Shown in pieces: positions 47,145 through 57,332 of a stretch of 64,000 bases of DNA. The stretch is from an uncultured bacterium. Its GTDB lineage: Bacteria > Hinthialibacterota > Hinthialibacteria > OLB16. Where the stretch lies: contig CAYZUX010000002.1 in the NCBI GenBank assembly GCA_964481775.1, positions 20,221 to 84,220 of the forward strand, given 5' to 3'. The notes under the pieces were generated by a model. It searched no databases. It was not told the DNA's origin and was given only the letters and a program-made list of their open reading frames with translations. The translations under genes were made by a program, and so were the position numbers. Every line of letters starts with the position of its first letter. The stretch's first letter is position 1.

Positions 47145-47169
47145 GAGCTTAATCGCATAAGAGAGACTC

Positions 47170-48441
47170 ATGTCAAACGTCATAGAAACCCTTCAAGAAC
47201 GCGGCTTCATCGAGCGGATCACTGATCCTGAGCTCAGTTCTCTTTCGGAAAAGAAATGTCTCACGGTTTATTGCGGTTTCGACCCGACAGCCGACAGTCT
47301 TCACGCCGGAAATCTGGTGGCAATCCTGGCCCTGTCGCATTTCCAGCGGGCCGGACACAAGCCGATCGCGCTGGTGGGAGGAGCAACAGGGCTGATTGGA
47401 GATCCAAGCGGGAAGAAAGATGAACGCAAGCTCCAGACTCGTGAAATGGTCGAGAGAAATGTCGAGGGAATCAAAAAGGTTTTGGCCAAGTTCCTCCGCT
47501 TCGAGGGAGAAAATGCCGCCATCATTGTCAACAACCATGACTGGATGGGGCCGATCACCTTCCTCGATTTCATTCGTGATATCGGCAAGCATGTCCGCAT
47601 CACCGAGATGCTGGCACGCGAGTCGGTGAAGGCGCGTATCGATTCCGGGGCAGGGATGTCCTTTACCGAGTTCTCCTACCAGCTGCTCCAGGCCTATGAC
47701 TTTTATTATCTCCACAGTCACTATGGTTGTGATTTGCAAATCGGCGGCAGCGACCAGTGGGGCAACATCACGGCGGGAACCGATCTGATTCGTCGCCTGG
47801 GAGGAGAACAGACCTACGGCCTGGTCTGTCCGCTCCTGACCACCTCCTCCGGTCAGAAGTTCGGTAAATCGGAACAGGGCGCGATCTGGCTCACTGCGGA
47901 CCGTACCAGCCCCTACCAGTTCTACCAGTACTGGATCCGTACCGAGGATGCCGATGTGGGGCGTTTCCTGCGGATGTTCACCTTCCTGCCCCTGGCGGAG
48001 ATCGAGCAGCTGGAACGCCTCACGCAAGAGAAACCGGAAGCCCGCGAGGCCCAGAAGAAACTGGCCTGGGAAATCACCTGCCTGGTGCATGGTGAGGAGG
48101 AGGCCAAGGCCGCGCTCAAAGCCAGCGAGGCGCTTTTTGGAGGTGAACTCGCGGGGCTTGCAGCGGGTACGATCCTCGATGTGTTCTCGGAAGTACCTTC
48201 GTTTGAACTGGACCGGAAACGTTTGAATGAGGGGCTCTCTCTTGTCGATGCACTTGTTGAAAGCAACCTGGCGGGATCGAAGGGTGAATCCCGCCGTCTC
48301 ATCCAGGGCGGCGGTGTTTACATCAACAACCGCAAGGCCGAGGGAGATGAGAAGATTACTCCAGACTATCTTCTGGATGGTGGACTATTGGTCTTACGAG
48401 TGGGGAAAAAGAAGTATTGCCTGGGTAGGGTGAATGAATGA
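47170..48441 (+). CDS. tyrS: Tyrosine--tRNA ligase
   Basis: HIGH-type motif (LHAGNLV), KMSKS-type KFGKS, C-terminal S4 domain. Confidence 0.95.
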   Translation: MSNVIETLQERGFIERITDPELSSLSEKKCLTVYCGFDPTADSLHAGNLVAILALSHFQRAGHKPIALVGGATGLIGDPSGKKDERKLQTREMVERNVEGIKKVLAKFLRFEGENAAIIVNNHDWMGPITFLDFIRDIGKHVRITEMLARESVKARIDSGAGMSFTEFSYQLLQAYDFYYLHSHYGCDLQIGGSDQWGNITAGTDLIRRLGGEQTYGLVCPLLTTSSGQKFGKSEQGAIWLTADRTSPYQFYQYWIRTEDADVGRFLRMFTFLPLAEIEQLERLTQEKPEAREAQKKLAWEITCLVHGEEEAKAALKASEALFGGELAGLAAGTILDVFSEVPSFELDRKRLNEGLSLVDALVESNLAGSKGESRRLIQGGGVYINNRKAEGDEKITPDYLLDGGLLVLRVGKKKYCLGRVNE

Positions 48442-49087
48442 GTCCACGCTTCTCATCACTGAGATGTACCCCTCGATTCAGGGAGAGAGCACCTGGGCGG
48501 GGTTGTCCTGTTTTTTCATCCGTCTGACCGGCTGCCCCCTGCGGTGCCGTTGGTGCGACACGACCTATGCCTTCCATGGTGGCAAGCGGATGCCCATCCC
48601 GGAGATCCTCGCGGCGGTTGATGCCTCCGGTATCAACCTGGTGGAGGTCACCGGGGGCGAACCCCTGGCGCAACATAATTGTCCCCTTCTCTGCCAGGCT
48701 TTGCTTGATGCAGGAAAGACCGTTCTCATCGAAACCGCTGGGTCTCACCCAATCGAGGTCCTTCCCGAAGGTGTCATCCGGATCATGGATCTCAAGTGCC
48801 CCGGGTCAGGCGAGGTGGAAAAGAACTTGTGGAGCAACCTCGATCACCTCAATGAACGTGATGAAGTCAAGTTTGTCATCTCATGCCGCGAGGATTTCGA
48901 GTGGGCCAGGGATGTAGTCAGAGAGCACCGTCTTGAGAGGCGGGTCCATGCTGTGCTCTTTTCGCCTGTTTTTGGAGAAATCGACATGGCGGAGCTGGTG
49001 GCATGGATCCTCGCGGACAAGTTGCCGGTGCGTTTCCAGTTGCAGATGCACAAGTTCATCTGGGAACCCACACGGAAAGGGGTGTAA
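48434..49087 (+). CDS. queE: 7-carboxy-7-deazaguanine synthase (radical SAM)
   Basis: [33 protein letters not shown]. Overlaps the tyrS stop by 8 nt. Confidence 0.9.
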   Translation: MNESTLLITEMYPSIQGESTWAGLSCFFIRLTGCPLRCRWCDTTYAFHGGKRMPIPEILAAVDASGINLVEVTGGEPLAQHNCPLLCQALLDAGKTVLIETAGSHPIEVLPEGVIRIMDLKCPGSGEVEKNLWSNLDHLNERDEVKFVISCREDFEWARDVVREHRLERRVHAVLFSPVFGEIDMAELVAWILADKLPVRFQLQMHKFIWEPTRKGV

Positions 49088-49142
49088 CCTCACCCCTCTG
49101 TCCCCTTCTCCTCGCGGGAGAGGGGGACAGGGGGGTAAGGTT
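49086..49142. repeat. GC-rich nested palindromic element B between queE and queC
   Basis: aacctcacccctctgtcccc / ggggacaggggggtaaggtt flank the inner hairpin ttctcctc-gcg-ggagag. Confidence 0.7.
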
Positions 49143-49160
49143 ATTAATAAGGAGCCTTAT

Positions 49161-49850
49161 ATGAAAGCCGTTGTGCTTCTCTCCGGTGGTCTGGATTCCG
49201 CCACAGTCCTCGCGCTCGCTCGACAAGAGGGGCGTGAATGTTATGCCCTTTCGTTCCGGTATGGCCAACGGCATGTGTATGAACTCGAGGCCGCCGGGAA
49301 AGTCGCGCGCTCGCTTGGAGCCAAGGAGCATCTTGTCTTCGATATCCCTCTGAACCGTTGGGGCGGATCGGCGTTGACCTCGGAAATCGAGGTTCCCAAG
49401 GATCGTACGGGCGACGAGATGTCCCATGGCATCCCGATCACCTATGTCCCCGCGCGCAACACGGTTTTTCTCTCACTCGCATTGGCCTGGTCCGAGGTAT
49501 TGGAGGCGGGTGAAGTCTGGATCGGGGTGAATGCGCTGGATTATTCCGGATACCCCGATTGCCGTCCGGAATTCATCCAGGCATTCCAGGAGGTGGCACG
49601 TCTGGGAACCAGGACTGGGGTGGAGGGAACACTCCCCCTCCAGATCCGTGCACCACTCCAGTTTCTCACCAAGGCGGAGATCATCCGGACCGGCACAGAC
49701 CTTGGGGTGGATTACAGTCTCACCCGTTCCTGCTATGACCCACCCTCAGCGGATTTGCACTGCGGACACTGTGATTCCTGCCTGCTGCGCAAGAAAGGTT
49801 TCATCGAGGCGGGAGTTGAGGATCCAACCTCTTATGCCAGACAGAGATAA
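49161..49850 (+). CDS. queC: 7-cyano-7-deazaguanine synthase
   Basis: [18 protein letters not shown] (PP-loop) and C-terminal Zn site [29 protein letters not shown]. The track start at 48933 is discarded. Confidence 0.9.
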   Translation: MKAVVLLSGGLDSATVLALARQEGRECYALSFRYGQRHVYELEAAGKVARSLGAKEHLVFDIPLNRWGGSALTSEIEVPKDRTGDEMSHGIPITYVPARNTVFLSLALAWSEVLEAGEVWIGVNALDYSGYPDCRPEFIQAFQEVARLGTRTGVEGTLPLQIRAPLQFLTKAEIIRTGTDLGVDYSLTRSCYDPPSADLHCGHCDSCLLRKKGFIEAGVEDPTSYARQR

Positions 49851-49990
49851 AAACAGGGGCCGGAATATTTATTTGGCCACAAACTGTTGGTCGGAACGGT
49901 ACAGGATGTCCCCATAACTTCGAGTCCCATTGGTCGGGCTATAGGGTGTTGTGTAAGGGGTTTCCCGCAGAGCATCAGGGCCATAACCGA

Positions 49991-50596
49991 TCAGAATATA
50001 GGCATCCTGACGGATAGGAGACACCATCCGGGTTCCAGGTGCGCAATCCGGTCCATCGGGTCTCCAGCATCCAAAGACACCAAGTAATCGCTTTTGCTCA
50101 GTTTCATGTCAGCTGCTTCACGGTCAATGTACATGTAGGAAACAGGTTTCTTGATATCCTCCGTGATCAGAGACTTGTCCCCATCAATGAAAAATGGATC
50201 TGGCGGGACTGTGCTCATATACTTTACGGGGGTTGTCAGCGGGGTGAAGAGGCCCGAGGTTCCACCTCTCCAATCGCCCCGGTGCCAGCTGCAACAGGCT
50301 TTGAAGGATGGGCTGGGATACATGGGGCCGCCCCGGAAACGGGCCTGGACGATCTGCATGTTGTCATCATCCCAGTAGTCCACCAACAGGACTCCTCGTT
50401 CCAGCCGCAACGATTCGATGGCGGTAGCCAGGCTTTTCATGTCCGAGCTTTCCCGGACCACCTTGGCCCGTGTCTGAGCCTCAAGAAAATTGGGCAATGC
50501 GATCCCGATCAGGATCAGGATGATGGCGATGACAATGAGGAGCTCGATCAGTGTGAACGCGCGTGTGTTGAGATGGAGCAGATGATTCCTGGGCAT
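49991..50596 (-). CDS. Prepilin-type N-terminal cleavage/methylation domain pseudopilin (GspG-like)
   Basis: FTLIELLIVIAIILILIGIALPNFLEAQTRAKVV matches the type II secretion major pseudopilin N-terminus. Confidence 0.7.
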   Translation of the reverse strand: MPRNHLLHLNTRAFTLIELLIVIAIILILIGIALPNFLEAQTRAKVVRESSDMKSLATAIESLRLERGVLLVDYWDDDNMQIVQARFRGGPMYPSPSFKACCSWHRGDWRGGTSGLFTPLTTPVKYMSTVPPDPFFIDGDKSLITEDIKKPVSYMYIDREAADMKLSKSDYLVSLDAGDPMDRIAHLEPGWCLLSVRMPIF

Positions 50597-50684
50597 GCTT
50601 GGACCTGACCTTCCCTTCCCTGTGGTAAATTGAGTATACCGAGCACAAGTTAAGGCTGTCTATAGCCAGAATGGGAGGCGAAAA

Positions 50685-50782
50685 AAAGACCTCACCCCCC
50701 TGCCCCCCTCTCCCGCTGGGCGAGGGGGGAGACGTTCCCCCTTCTCCTCATGGGAGAGGAGGGCAAGGGGGTGAGGTCTTCT
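50685..50782. repeat. GC-rich nested palindromic element C between the pseudopilin gene and ilvN
   Basis: Outer arms agacctcacccccctgccc / gggcaagggggtgaggtct (1 mismatch). Inner ttctcctc-atg-ggagagg, related to element B. Confidence 0.7.
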
Positions 50783-50797
50783 GTTACTCCAGCAACC

Positions 50798-51307
50798 TCA
50801 GGTCAGTTCTTTCCCGCGGGCAATGATCAACTTACCCGAACGGATCATCTCGATGATGCCATACTTGTTGAGCATCCGTTCCATGGCATCGAGTTTCTCC
50901 GAATCGCCGGTGATTTCGACAATCAGGCTCTCATCGCCGATATCGACTGTCTTGGCACGAAAAACATCCACGATCTGGAGAATTTCGGTCCGGTTGCCGA
51001 CATCGGCCCTGATCTTGAACAAAGCCAGCTCACGGACCACCGACTCCTCACCGGTGTGTTCAGCCACACGAACCACATCCACCAGCTTATCCAGCTGCTT
51101 GATGATCTGATCCAGCACGGCAGGGTCACCCTTGCTGACAATCGTCATCCGGGAGAAGCCCTCGTAATGCGAGGAGCTGACCACCAGCGAGTCGATATTA
51201 TAGGCACGCCGGGCGAATACCTGGGCCACCCGGCTCAAGACGCCCGGACGGTCATGGACATAGACGCTGATTGTGTGCTTGCCGTTTTGTGAGATTGTCG
51301 TTTCCAT
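50798..51307 (-). CDS. ilvN: Acetolactate synthase small (regulatory) subunit
   Basis: HTISVYVHDRPGVLSRVAQVFARRAYNIDSLVV (ACT domain). Confidence 0.9.
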   Translation of the reverse strand: METTISQNGKHTISVYVHDRPGVLSRVAQVFARRAYNIDSLVVSSSHYEGFSRMTIVSKGDPAVLDQIIKQLDKLVDVVRVAEHTGEESVVRELALFKIRADVGNRTEILQIVDVFRAKTVDIGDESLIVEITGDSEKLDAMERMLNKYGIIEMIRSGKLIIARGKELT

Positions 51308-51308
51308 T

Positions 51309-53009
51309 TCAGGTACTCCCTTCCGGCTTGGCCATCTTATGCTTGGGGGCCTCGATCAACATGTCTCGAATCGCTGCTCCCGCTGGAATCATCGGGAAAA
51401 CATTCCCTTCTTTCTCGACCACGGCATCCACGATACACGGGCCCTCATTATAGTTGATGGCTTGCGTCAGAACCCGCTTGATATCTCCAATCCGGCGGAT
51501 GCGGAAGCCCTTGGCGCCATAGGCCTCGGCCAGCTTCACGAAATCCGGGTTGCCTTGGAGATCGACACCCGAGAGTCGGTTCTCGAAAAAGAGCTCCTGC
51601 CATTGGCGAACCATCCCGAGATAGGAGTTGTTTATGATCAACACCTTGACCGGGAGTTTGTGAATCACCGCTGTAGCCAGCTCGGCCAGGGTCATCTGGA
51701 ATCCGCCATCACCCACAATCGCCCAGACCTGTTCATTGGGACGTCCGAACTGGGCACCAATCGCTGAGGGGAAACCATAACCCATTGTGCCTGCGCCACC
51801 GCTCGAGAGCCACTGATGTTCGAATGTGGTCCGGTAGAACTGCGCCGCCCACATCTGGTGTTGCCCCACATCGGTGGTCACGATGGCTTTTCCACCGGTC
51901 AGCTTGTAGAGCGTGTCGATCACGAATTGCGCATGCAGCCCGCCCCTTTGGGGGTACTTCAAAGGATAGGTCTTCTTCCACCCGTTGATGCGATCCAGCC
52001 ACTCCCTGGTATCCAAGGGGTGAACATGCTTGAGCAGCTCCTCGATGATGAGCCGTGCATCGCCAGCCAGGCAGACATCGGGTTGAACCACCTTGCCGAA
52101 TTCCGCCTTGTCGATGTCGACATGGATTTTTTTGGCGGTGGGGCAGAACTCACTGAGCTTCCCGGTAATACGATCATCCCAACGTCCCCCGATACACAGG
52201 ATCAGATCGCAGTCCACAACAGCCTTGTTGGCATAGGCGGTTCCATGCATTCCCATCATGCCCAGCGAGAGGTCATGGGTTTCCGGAAAACCGCCTTTCC
52301 CCAACAGGGTGTTGACCACTGGAGCGCGCAGCTTCTCAGCCAGGGCCTTGGCCGCTTTAGCCGCCTTGGCAATCACCACTCCATGACCCACGTAGATGAG
52401 GGGGCGTTTGGAATCGGCGATCAATTCCGCCGCCTTGTAGATATCCGCCATCTCACACATGGAAGGATAACGGTAACCTGGCAGCTCCAGTTTCTCCGGG
52501 AAAGAGGTGGAGCATTCTTTCGAGGCCACATCCTTGGGAACATCGATCAAGACAGGCCCAGGCCGGCCAGTCTGACAGATAGTGAAGGCCTCCTTCATGA
52601 CCCGTGGAAGGTCATTCGTATCCCGGACCAGGTAAGAGTGCTTGACCACAGGAATGGTGATCCCGAAGATATCCGCCTCCTGGAAGGCATCCTTGCCCAG
52701 CATCGGAGTGATCTGCTGACCCGAAATAACCACCATGGGGACCGAATCCATGTGAGCGGTCAGCATTCCGGTGACTGTATTGGTCGCTCCCGGACCGCTG
52801 GTGACCAGTACCACTCCCGGCTTGCCGGTCACTCGCGCATAGCCATCGGCCATGTGACAGGCGCCCTGCTCATGACGCGTAAGAATTAACCGGATCTTCG
52901 ATTCGAGAATGGAATCGTAGACCGGCATGACAGCTCCGCCGGGGATGCCGAAAGCAAACTCGACATTCTCTCTTCGGAGGGCCTCGATGATCGCATCTGA
53001 ACCTAACAT
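51309..53009 (-). CDS. ilvB: Acetolactate synthase large subunit (ThDP-dependent)
   Basis: [32 protein letters not shown] and a ThDP motif in the C-terminal region (GDGGFQM). Confidence 0.95.
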   Translation of the reverse strand: MLGSDAIIEALRRENVEFAFGIPGGAVMPVYDSILESKIRLILTRHEQGACHMADGYARVTGKPGVVLVTSGPGATNTVTGMLTAHMDSVPMVVISGQQITPMLGKDAFQEADIFGITIPVVKHSYLVRDTNDLPRVMKEAFTICQTGRPGPVLIDVPKDVASKECSTSFPEKLELPGYRYPSMCEMADIYKAAELIADSKRPLIYVGHGVVIAKAAKAAKALAEKLRAPVVNTLLGKGGFPETHDLSLGMMGMHGTAYANKAVVDCDLILCIGGRWDDRITGKLSEFCPTAKKIHVDIDKAEFGKVVQPDVCLAGDARLIIEELLKHVHPLDTREWLDRINGWKKTYPLKYPQRGGLHAQFVIDTLYKLTGGKAIVTTDVGQHQMWAAQFYRTTFEHQWLSSGGAGTMGYGFPSAIGAQFGRPNEQVWAIVGDGGFQMTLAELATAVIHKLPVKVLIINNSYLGMVRQWQELFFENRLSGVDLQGNPDFVKLAEAYGAKGFRIRRIGDIKRVLTQAINYNEGPCIVDAVVEKEGNVFPMIPAGAAIRDMLIEAPKHKMAKPEGST

Positions 53010-53765
53010 GTCCCCGTTCCTCGATCATTTCCGTGGGTGGGAGAGCCTTGTATCCACTTCCTGGCTGGAAAATGCATACTCTCTCCACCTCACTCAGTCT
53101 ATATGAGGAAAAATATCTGATATTTTCGATGAAGTCAAGACACTTATGATCATAAATCGAGAAAAGAATAACATTCATTCAAATAATAACTACTAATTAA
53201 AGACGATCTCATGGTATATACCCTATATTTGCAATCATTACTCCAAATGGATGGAGTAAAACCTCTTTTCATCTATGAATACGCCCATAAACAAAACCAT
53301 TTATGGAGTAAGTGTCCTTTGACATATATTAAATGGCAACGTCATGTACCGCATTCTCTAATAACCTCATTATAGGGACCTCTTTCTGGATGCGATCCCC
53401 ATTATCATTCCAATCAAACCACCTTCCTGTGAGGAAACCACTTGGAGGATATCTTCCTGAAGTGTGAACAAAGCCGGAAATCCCCGCGAAGACACTCATC
53501 GCCGAGGTGCTCACATCGGTGGCACTGTCAATGGCCTCATGTGCCAAGCGTAGCCCGAATCCGTCGTATCCCGCTCAAAGCACAAGAGTGAGCACCTCCC
53601 GAAGAGAGAGTTCCGGACAAAAGAAACTCACAAACAAATAATGCATGGTGGATTCGTTTTCTCATTCCCAACCAGGATGGGAGTGGCCCAACTTGGGTGG
53701 CTTCTTTTCCGCTTGATCTGTTTTAGCATGGCTCTGTTACACATGCCCGGAAAAGGGGGTTCCCG

Positions 53766-55013
53766 ATGCTTGGCCTCTGGATCGCTCTCCTTCCAGTTTT
53801 GGGTGGAGCCCTTGCGGCAACGCAGGAACTCCGGTTGCCAGTCGGCATCCAGTTCACTTGTGTGGATCAGGAGGCAATTGGATATGCCACTTTCCAGAGC
53901 CACAACCAGAAAGTGTTGGTGAACCGGAAGGGGATCTTTCTCACCTATCTCCGCCGTAGAAACGAAGCCTATACCGCCCAAGAGTGGCGCTTGATGCGCA
54001 GTATCGATGGAGGCCAGACTTTTTCTGTTGTATACGATGCCACACACGCCACCAATCCACCCGTAATGGAAACGGATGCGGAAGATAATGTCTATCTGGT
54101 GCGTTCTGACTTCCTGGATGGGAATGCATATTTATTCCGTTTCCTTGCCTCCAGGGATTACCAGGAGCCCATCTTGACTCCCATTCCCGGTGGAGCCGCG
54201 GGAAAATACTGTATGTCTATCGACCCAGAACGGCGGCTTCTCTACTATTTTGCCCACAACAATACTTTCCACATCCTCAGCATGTCCGGGGAGGTTTTGT
54301 CGTCACGGACGTTAATCAAGGATGGCCCCGATGCCTGCCTGCAATACCCTCATCTCTTCCTTGACCAAGCTGGAGTCCTCCACATCGCCTGGACCTCCCT
54401 AAAGCATGGAGAATATCTCTACTGGGACATCCACTATATGGCTTCCAGGGATGGGGGAAAAACCTGGCAAGCCATGAATGGAACTCCGATTGATATCCCC
54501 GTGACGGCGGACCAAACCAGCCAGGCCGACCGGATTACATTGGATGATGAGTTCTCGATACACACTTGGCTCTCCAGCTTCCGTGTGGAGAACGGGAAGG
54601 CACATTTCCTTTACCTTGCCCAGACCAACCCGGGCCGACAACATTATGTCCGTTATGATTTGGAGAGTGGAAAACGCGACAGGGATTTTTACCCGGATTT
54701 TCATGGAGATCAGATCTCCGTAGCCGGACTCGATGGCTTCTTCGCGGGGAACCGGGCACAAATCAATGGACCTCTCTTCTGTGTCCACTCCTCGCAAGGG
54801 CGTCTGGCCTGTCTTGTATCGAATGACAAGGGGGACACATGGCATGATTATGCCCTCAGCCAAGAAACCTTCCGACCCTATGCCATCGGCGGGTGCCGGG
54901 AGGTGACTCCCGCCGGAGAGATTATCGGCACTTTTACTGACCAGCTGGCTCCAGGAACCAGCAGTGGAGGAAGGTGCCCGGTTTACTTTTTCAAAGTGGC
55001 CAGACAGGAATGA
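53766..55013 (+). CDS. Secreted BNR/Asp-box sialidase-like protein
   Basis: Signal MLGLWIALLPVLGGALAAT. Asp-boxes SIDGGQTFSV, SRDGGKTWQA, SNDKGDTWHD. Confidence 0.55.
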   Translation: MLGLWIALLPVLGGALAATQELRLPVGIQFTCVDQEAIGYATFQSHNQKVLVNRKGIFLTYLRRRNEAYTAQEWRLMRSIDGGQTFSVVYDATHATNPPVMETDAEDNVYLVRSDFLDGNAYLFRFLASRDYQEPILTPIPGGAAGKYCMSIDPERRLLYYFAHNNTFHILSMSGEVLSSRTLIKDGPDACLQYPHLFLDQAGVLHIAWTSLKHGEYLYWDIHYMASRDGGKTWQAMNGTPIDIPVTADQTSQADRITLDDEFSIHTWLSSFRVENGKAHFLYLAQTNPGRQHYVRYDLESGKRDRDFYPDFHGDQISVAGLDGFFAGNRAQINGPLFCVHSSQGRLACLVSNDKGDTWHDYALSQETFRPYAIGGCREVTPAGEIIGTFTDQLAPGTSSGGRCPVYFFKVARQE

Positions 55014-55058
55014 ATCCCTTTTCACCTGCCTCCACACCGCACTATTGAGGTTCGCGTA

Positions 55059-57212
55059 ATGAGCAGACTGGTGGATTTAGTGGACCCCTTCATTGGAGTC
55101 GATGGCATGGGCAATACCCTGTGTGGGCCCTACCTCCCATTCAGCCTGGTGCGTTTGGGGCCGGACACGGTCCCTCCCCAATCCACCAATGGTTACCGCA
55201 GTAACCATCCGATCCTTCACTTCAGCCACACCCATGTCAGCGGAACCGGAGGAGGAAGCCGGTATGGAAACATCGGAGTGGTTCCTTTCACAGGGATTCC
55301 CCGGTCCAACACAGGCTGTTTCGAACGTGAAGATGAAACCGCCGAACCAGGTTATTATGCAGTGACTCTCCTTCCGGGAGGTGTGCGATGCGAGTTGACG
55401 GTCACCCCCAGGGCCGGAGTCCATCGCTATACTTTTCCCCTTGGAACACAGGCGAATCTGCTGATCGATGCGGGAGCGGTCATCCAGGCGGAGGGGATGA
55501 TCCCGGGTGACCGGACTGAGGATGGAACCGGATGCTCGATGGGTGGATTTGTTGAATTCATTTCCGAGAGGGAAATCGTGGGGCGTGGGGATTTCCGGGG
55601 TGGTTGGGGACACACCTTCCCTTATTCGATTTATTTCTATGCCCGCTTCGATCCACCATTCAGAAAGTGCCAGGTTGGCAATTCCCTGGGATGGATGCCC
55701 AAAACCCATGCGGATGGTCCTGGCTGTAAAGCGGTTGCTTCCTTTGGTGAGACCGCGGTGGTGACACTCCGGGTCGGCATTTCACACACTTCCATTGCTC
55801 TTGCACGCGCAAGCGTGGATCGAGAGGTGGCCGATAAAAGTTTTGACACCATCCGGGCTGAGGCTTCCTCCACCTGGGAAAAAGCATTGTCACGAATACG
55901 GGTAGAAGGAGGGACGGATGAACAACGGAAGCTCTTTTATACGCAGTTCACACGCCTGCTGTGCATGCCAAGTGACCTGGGTGTGGATGATGAATTCCCC
56001 ATGTGGCAGTCTGGTGTCCGTCATTTCACTGATTTTTACACCATCTGGGATAGTGTCAGAAACGCCAACTCCCTGATCACCCTGATTGACCCGGACCTGG
56101 AGCGCGATTTTCTCAACTGTCTCCTCGATATCGCGGATCACACCGGCTGGATCCCGGATGTCTGGATTGCGGGTCATGCGGGAATGATCCAGGGAGGATG
56201 CTCTCCCGATGTTCTGTTTTGTGAAGCCGCCCTCAAAGGAATCGAGGGAATCGATTACAAACATGCCCTTGATTGCATGCGCAAAAATAATGAGGTCACA
56301 TCCCCGGATCCTTATCTGTATGGACGATACCTCGAAGATTACCTGGCACTCGGATACCTGTCGACAAGGGTCAGGAAAAACTGTGTTTCACGTCACCTGG
56401 AGTATGCTTACCAGGACTGGTGTATTGGACGCCTTGCGGAGCACTTGGGACAGACTGAAATGGCCTCGCGTTACTTCGAGAGTTCGCGGAGGGTCTGGAA
56501 CTTGTGGCGTGAGGACATGCGCTGCTTCGCTCCGCGCCATCCCAATGGAAAATGGGTTCAGCCCTTCGACCAGGATTCCTGTTGGCCGGATTCCTGGAAT
56601 GACCCTTATTTTTATGAAGGCACCAGCCGTCAATGGTCCTTTTCGGTCCAGCATGATTTCGCGGGGTTGGTGGAACGGCATGGAGGCCATGACGCCTTTG
56701 TCAAACACTTGGACACCTTCTTTGCTGAGGACCATTACCTCTCCAAAGAGACCATGCTGCATGTCCCCTTCCTGTACCATTATGCGGGGCATCCGGCCCG
56801 GAGCTCTCAACGGGTACGGGAATGCCTTCAGCGTTATTTCCACCCCACACGCGATGGCCTGAGTGACAACGAAGATTTCGGCTGCCAGAGCGCTTTCCTG
56901 ATGTTGGCCTCGATCGGATTGTATCCCATGATGGGACAGGACCTGTACCTTCTGACCGCTCCAGTTTTCGAGAGAGTGGAAATGGACCTTGGATGTAATG
57001 GAAAAAGCCTGGTGATCGAGGCCCCCGGCGCAGACCCAATGAAATGCTTTATCGCCTCCGCGACACTCAATGGACGGCCCGTGGAGCAGGCGTTTCTTTT
57101 TCATCACGAGATTACACGGGGTGCCAGGCTTCAATATAAACTTTCCAGGGATATAACGGGTTGGGGTTGTGGAGTTCCCCCTCCCTCACCCTTGAACAGG
57201 AGCCTTCCCTGA
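55059..57212 (+). CDS. Glycoside hydrolase family 92 (alpha-mannosidase-like)
   Basis: N-terminal VDPFIGVDGMGNTLCGPYLPFSLVRLGPDT resembles the GH92 signature (VnPfIGT.g.GhtfPGA..PfGmvq.sPdt). Length 717 aa. Confidence 0.75.
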   Translation: MSRLVDLVDPFIGVDGMGNTLCGPYLPFSLVRLGPDTVPPQSTNGYRSNHPILHFSHTHVSGTGGGSRYGNIGVVPFTGIPRSNTGCFEREDETAEPGYYAVTLLPGGVRCELTVTPRAGVHRYTFPLGTQANLLIDAGAVIQAEGMIPGDRTEDGTGCSMGGFVEFISEREIVGRGDFRGGWGHTFPYSIYFYARFDPPFRKCQVGNSLGWMPKTHADGPGCKAVASFGETAVVTLRVGISHTSIALARASVDREVADKSFDTIRAEASSTWEKALSRIRVEGGTDEQRKLFYTQFTRLLCMPSDLGVDDEFPMWQSGVRHFTDFYTIWDSVRNANSLITLIDPDLERDFLNCLLDIADHTGWIPDVWIAGHAGMIQGGCSPDVLFCEAALKGIEGIDYKHALDCMRKNNEVTSPDPYLYGRYLEDYLALGYLSTRVRKNCVSRHLEYAYQDWCIGRLAEHLGQTEMASRYFESSRRVWNLWREDMRCFAPRHPNGKWVQPFDQDSCWPDSWNDPYFYEGTSRQWSFSVQHDFAGLVERHGGHDAFVKHLDTFFAEDHYLSKETMLHVPFLYHYAGHPARSSQRVRECLQRYFHPTRDGLSDNEDFGCQSAFLMLASIGLYPMMGQDLYLLTAPVFERVEMDLGCNGKSLVIEAPGADPMKCFIASATLNGRPVEQAFLFHHEITRGARLQYKLSRDITGWGCGVPPPSPLNRSLP

Positions 57213-57240
57213 CTTTTTTTTGTCCATAAAAAAAACGCTT

Positions 57241-57269
57241 TTGACATACAGTGAAAGTGGATATAGAGT
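57241..57269 (+). promoter_or_regulatory. Candidate sigma70-like promoter (TTGACA-N17-TAGAGT) upstream of the symporter genes
   Basis: Perfect -35 hexamer at 57241-57246, with a -10-like TAGAGT 17 nt later. Preceded by T8-gtccat-A8. Confidence 0.3.
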
Positions 57270-57332
57270 TCTTCTTCACTGGTTGTGTGGTGGGTTCATT
57301 GTATTGCCGGGTGAAAAAGTCGGGAGGTCGCG

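Noticed and set aside
47013-47169. T-box riboswitch upstream of tyrS
   Set aside because: Considered because tyrS is classically T-box regulated. No T-box consensus (AATTAGGGTGGNACCGCG-like) and no antiterminator/terminator pair. The four hairpins have 3-nt loops that cannot present a specifier codon.
47173-48090. 305-aa minus-strand ORF
   Set aside because: Entirely antisense to tyrS. No motifs.
51816-52889. 357-aa plus-strand ORF
   Set aside because: Antisense to ilvB.
53329-53547. 72-aa minus-strand ORF in the ilvB upstream region
   Set aside because: No RBS, no recognisable motif, and it sits in the compositionally anomalous intergenic region. Likely non-coding.
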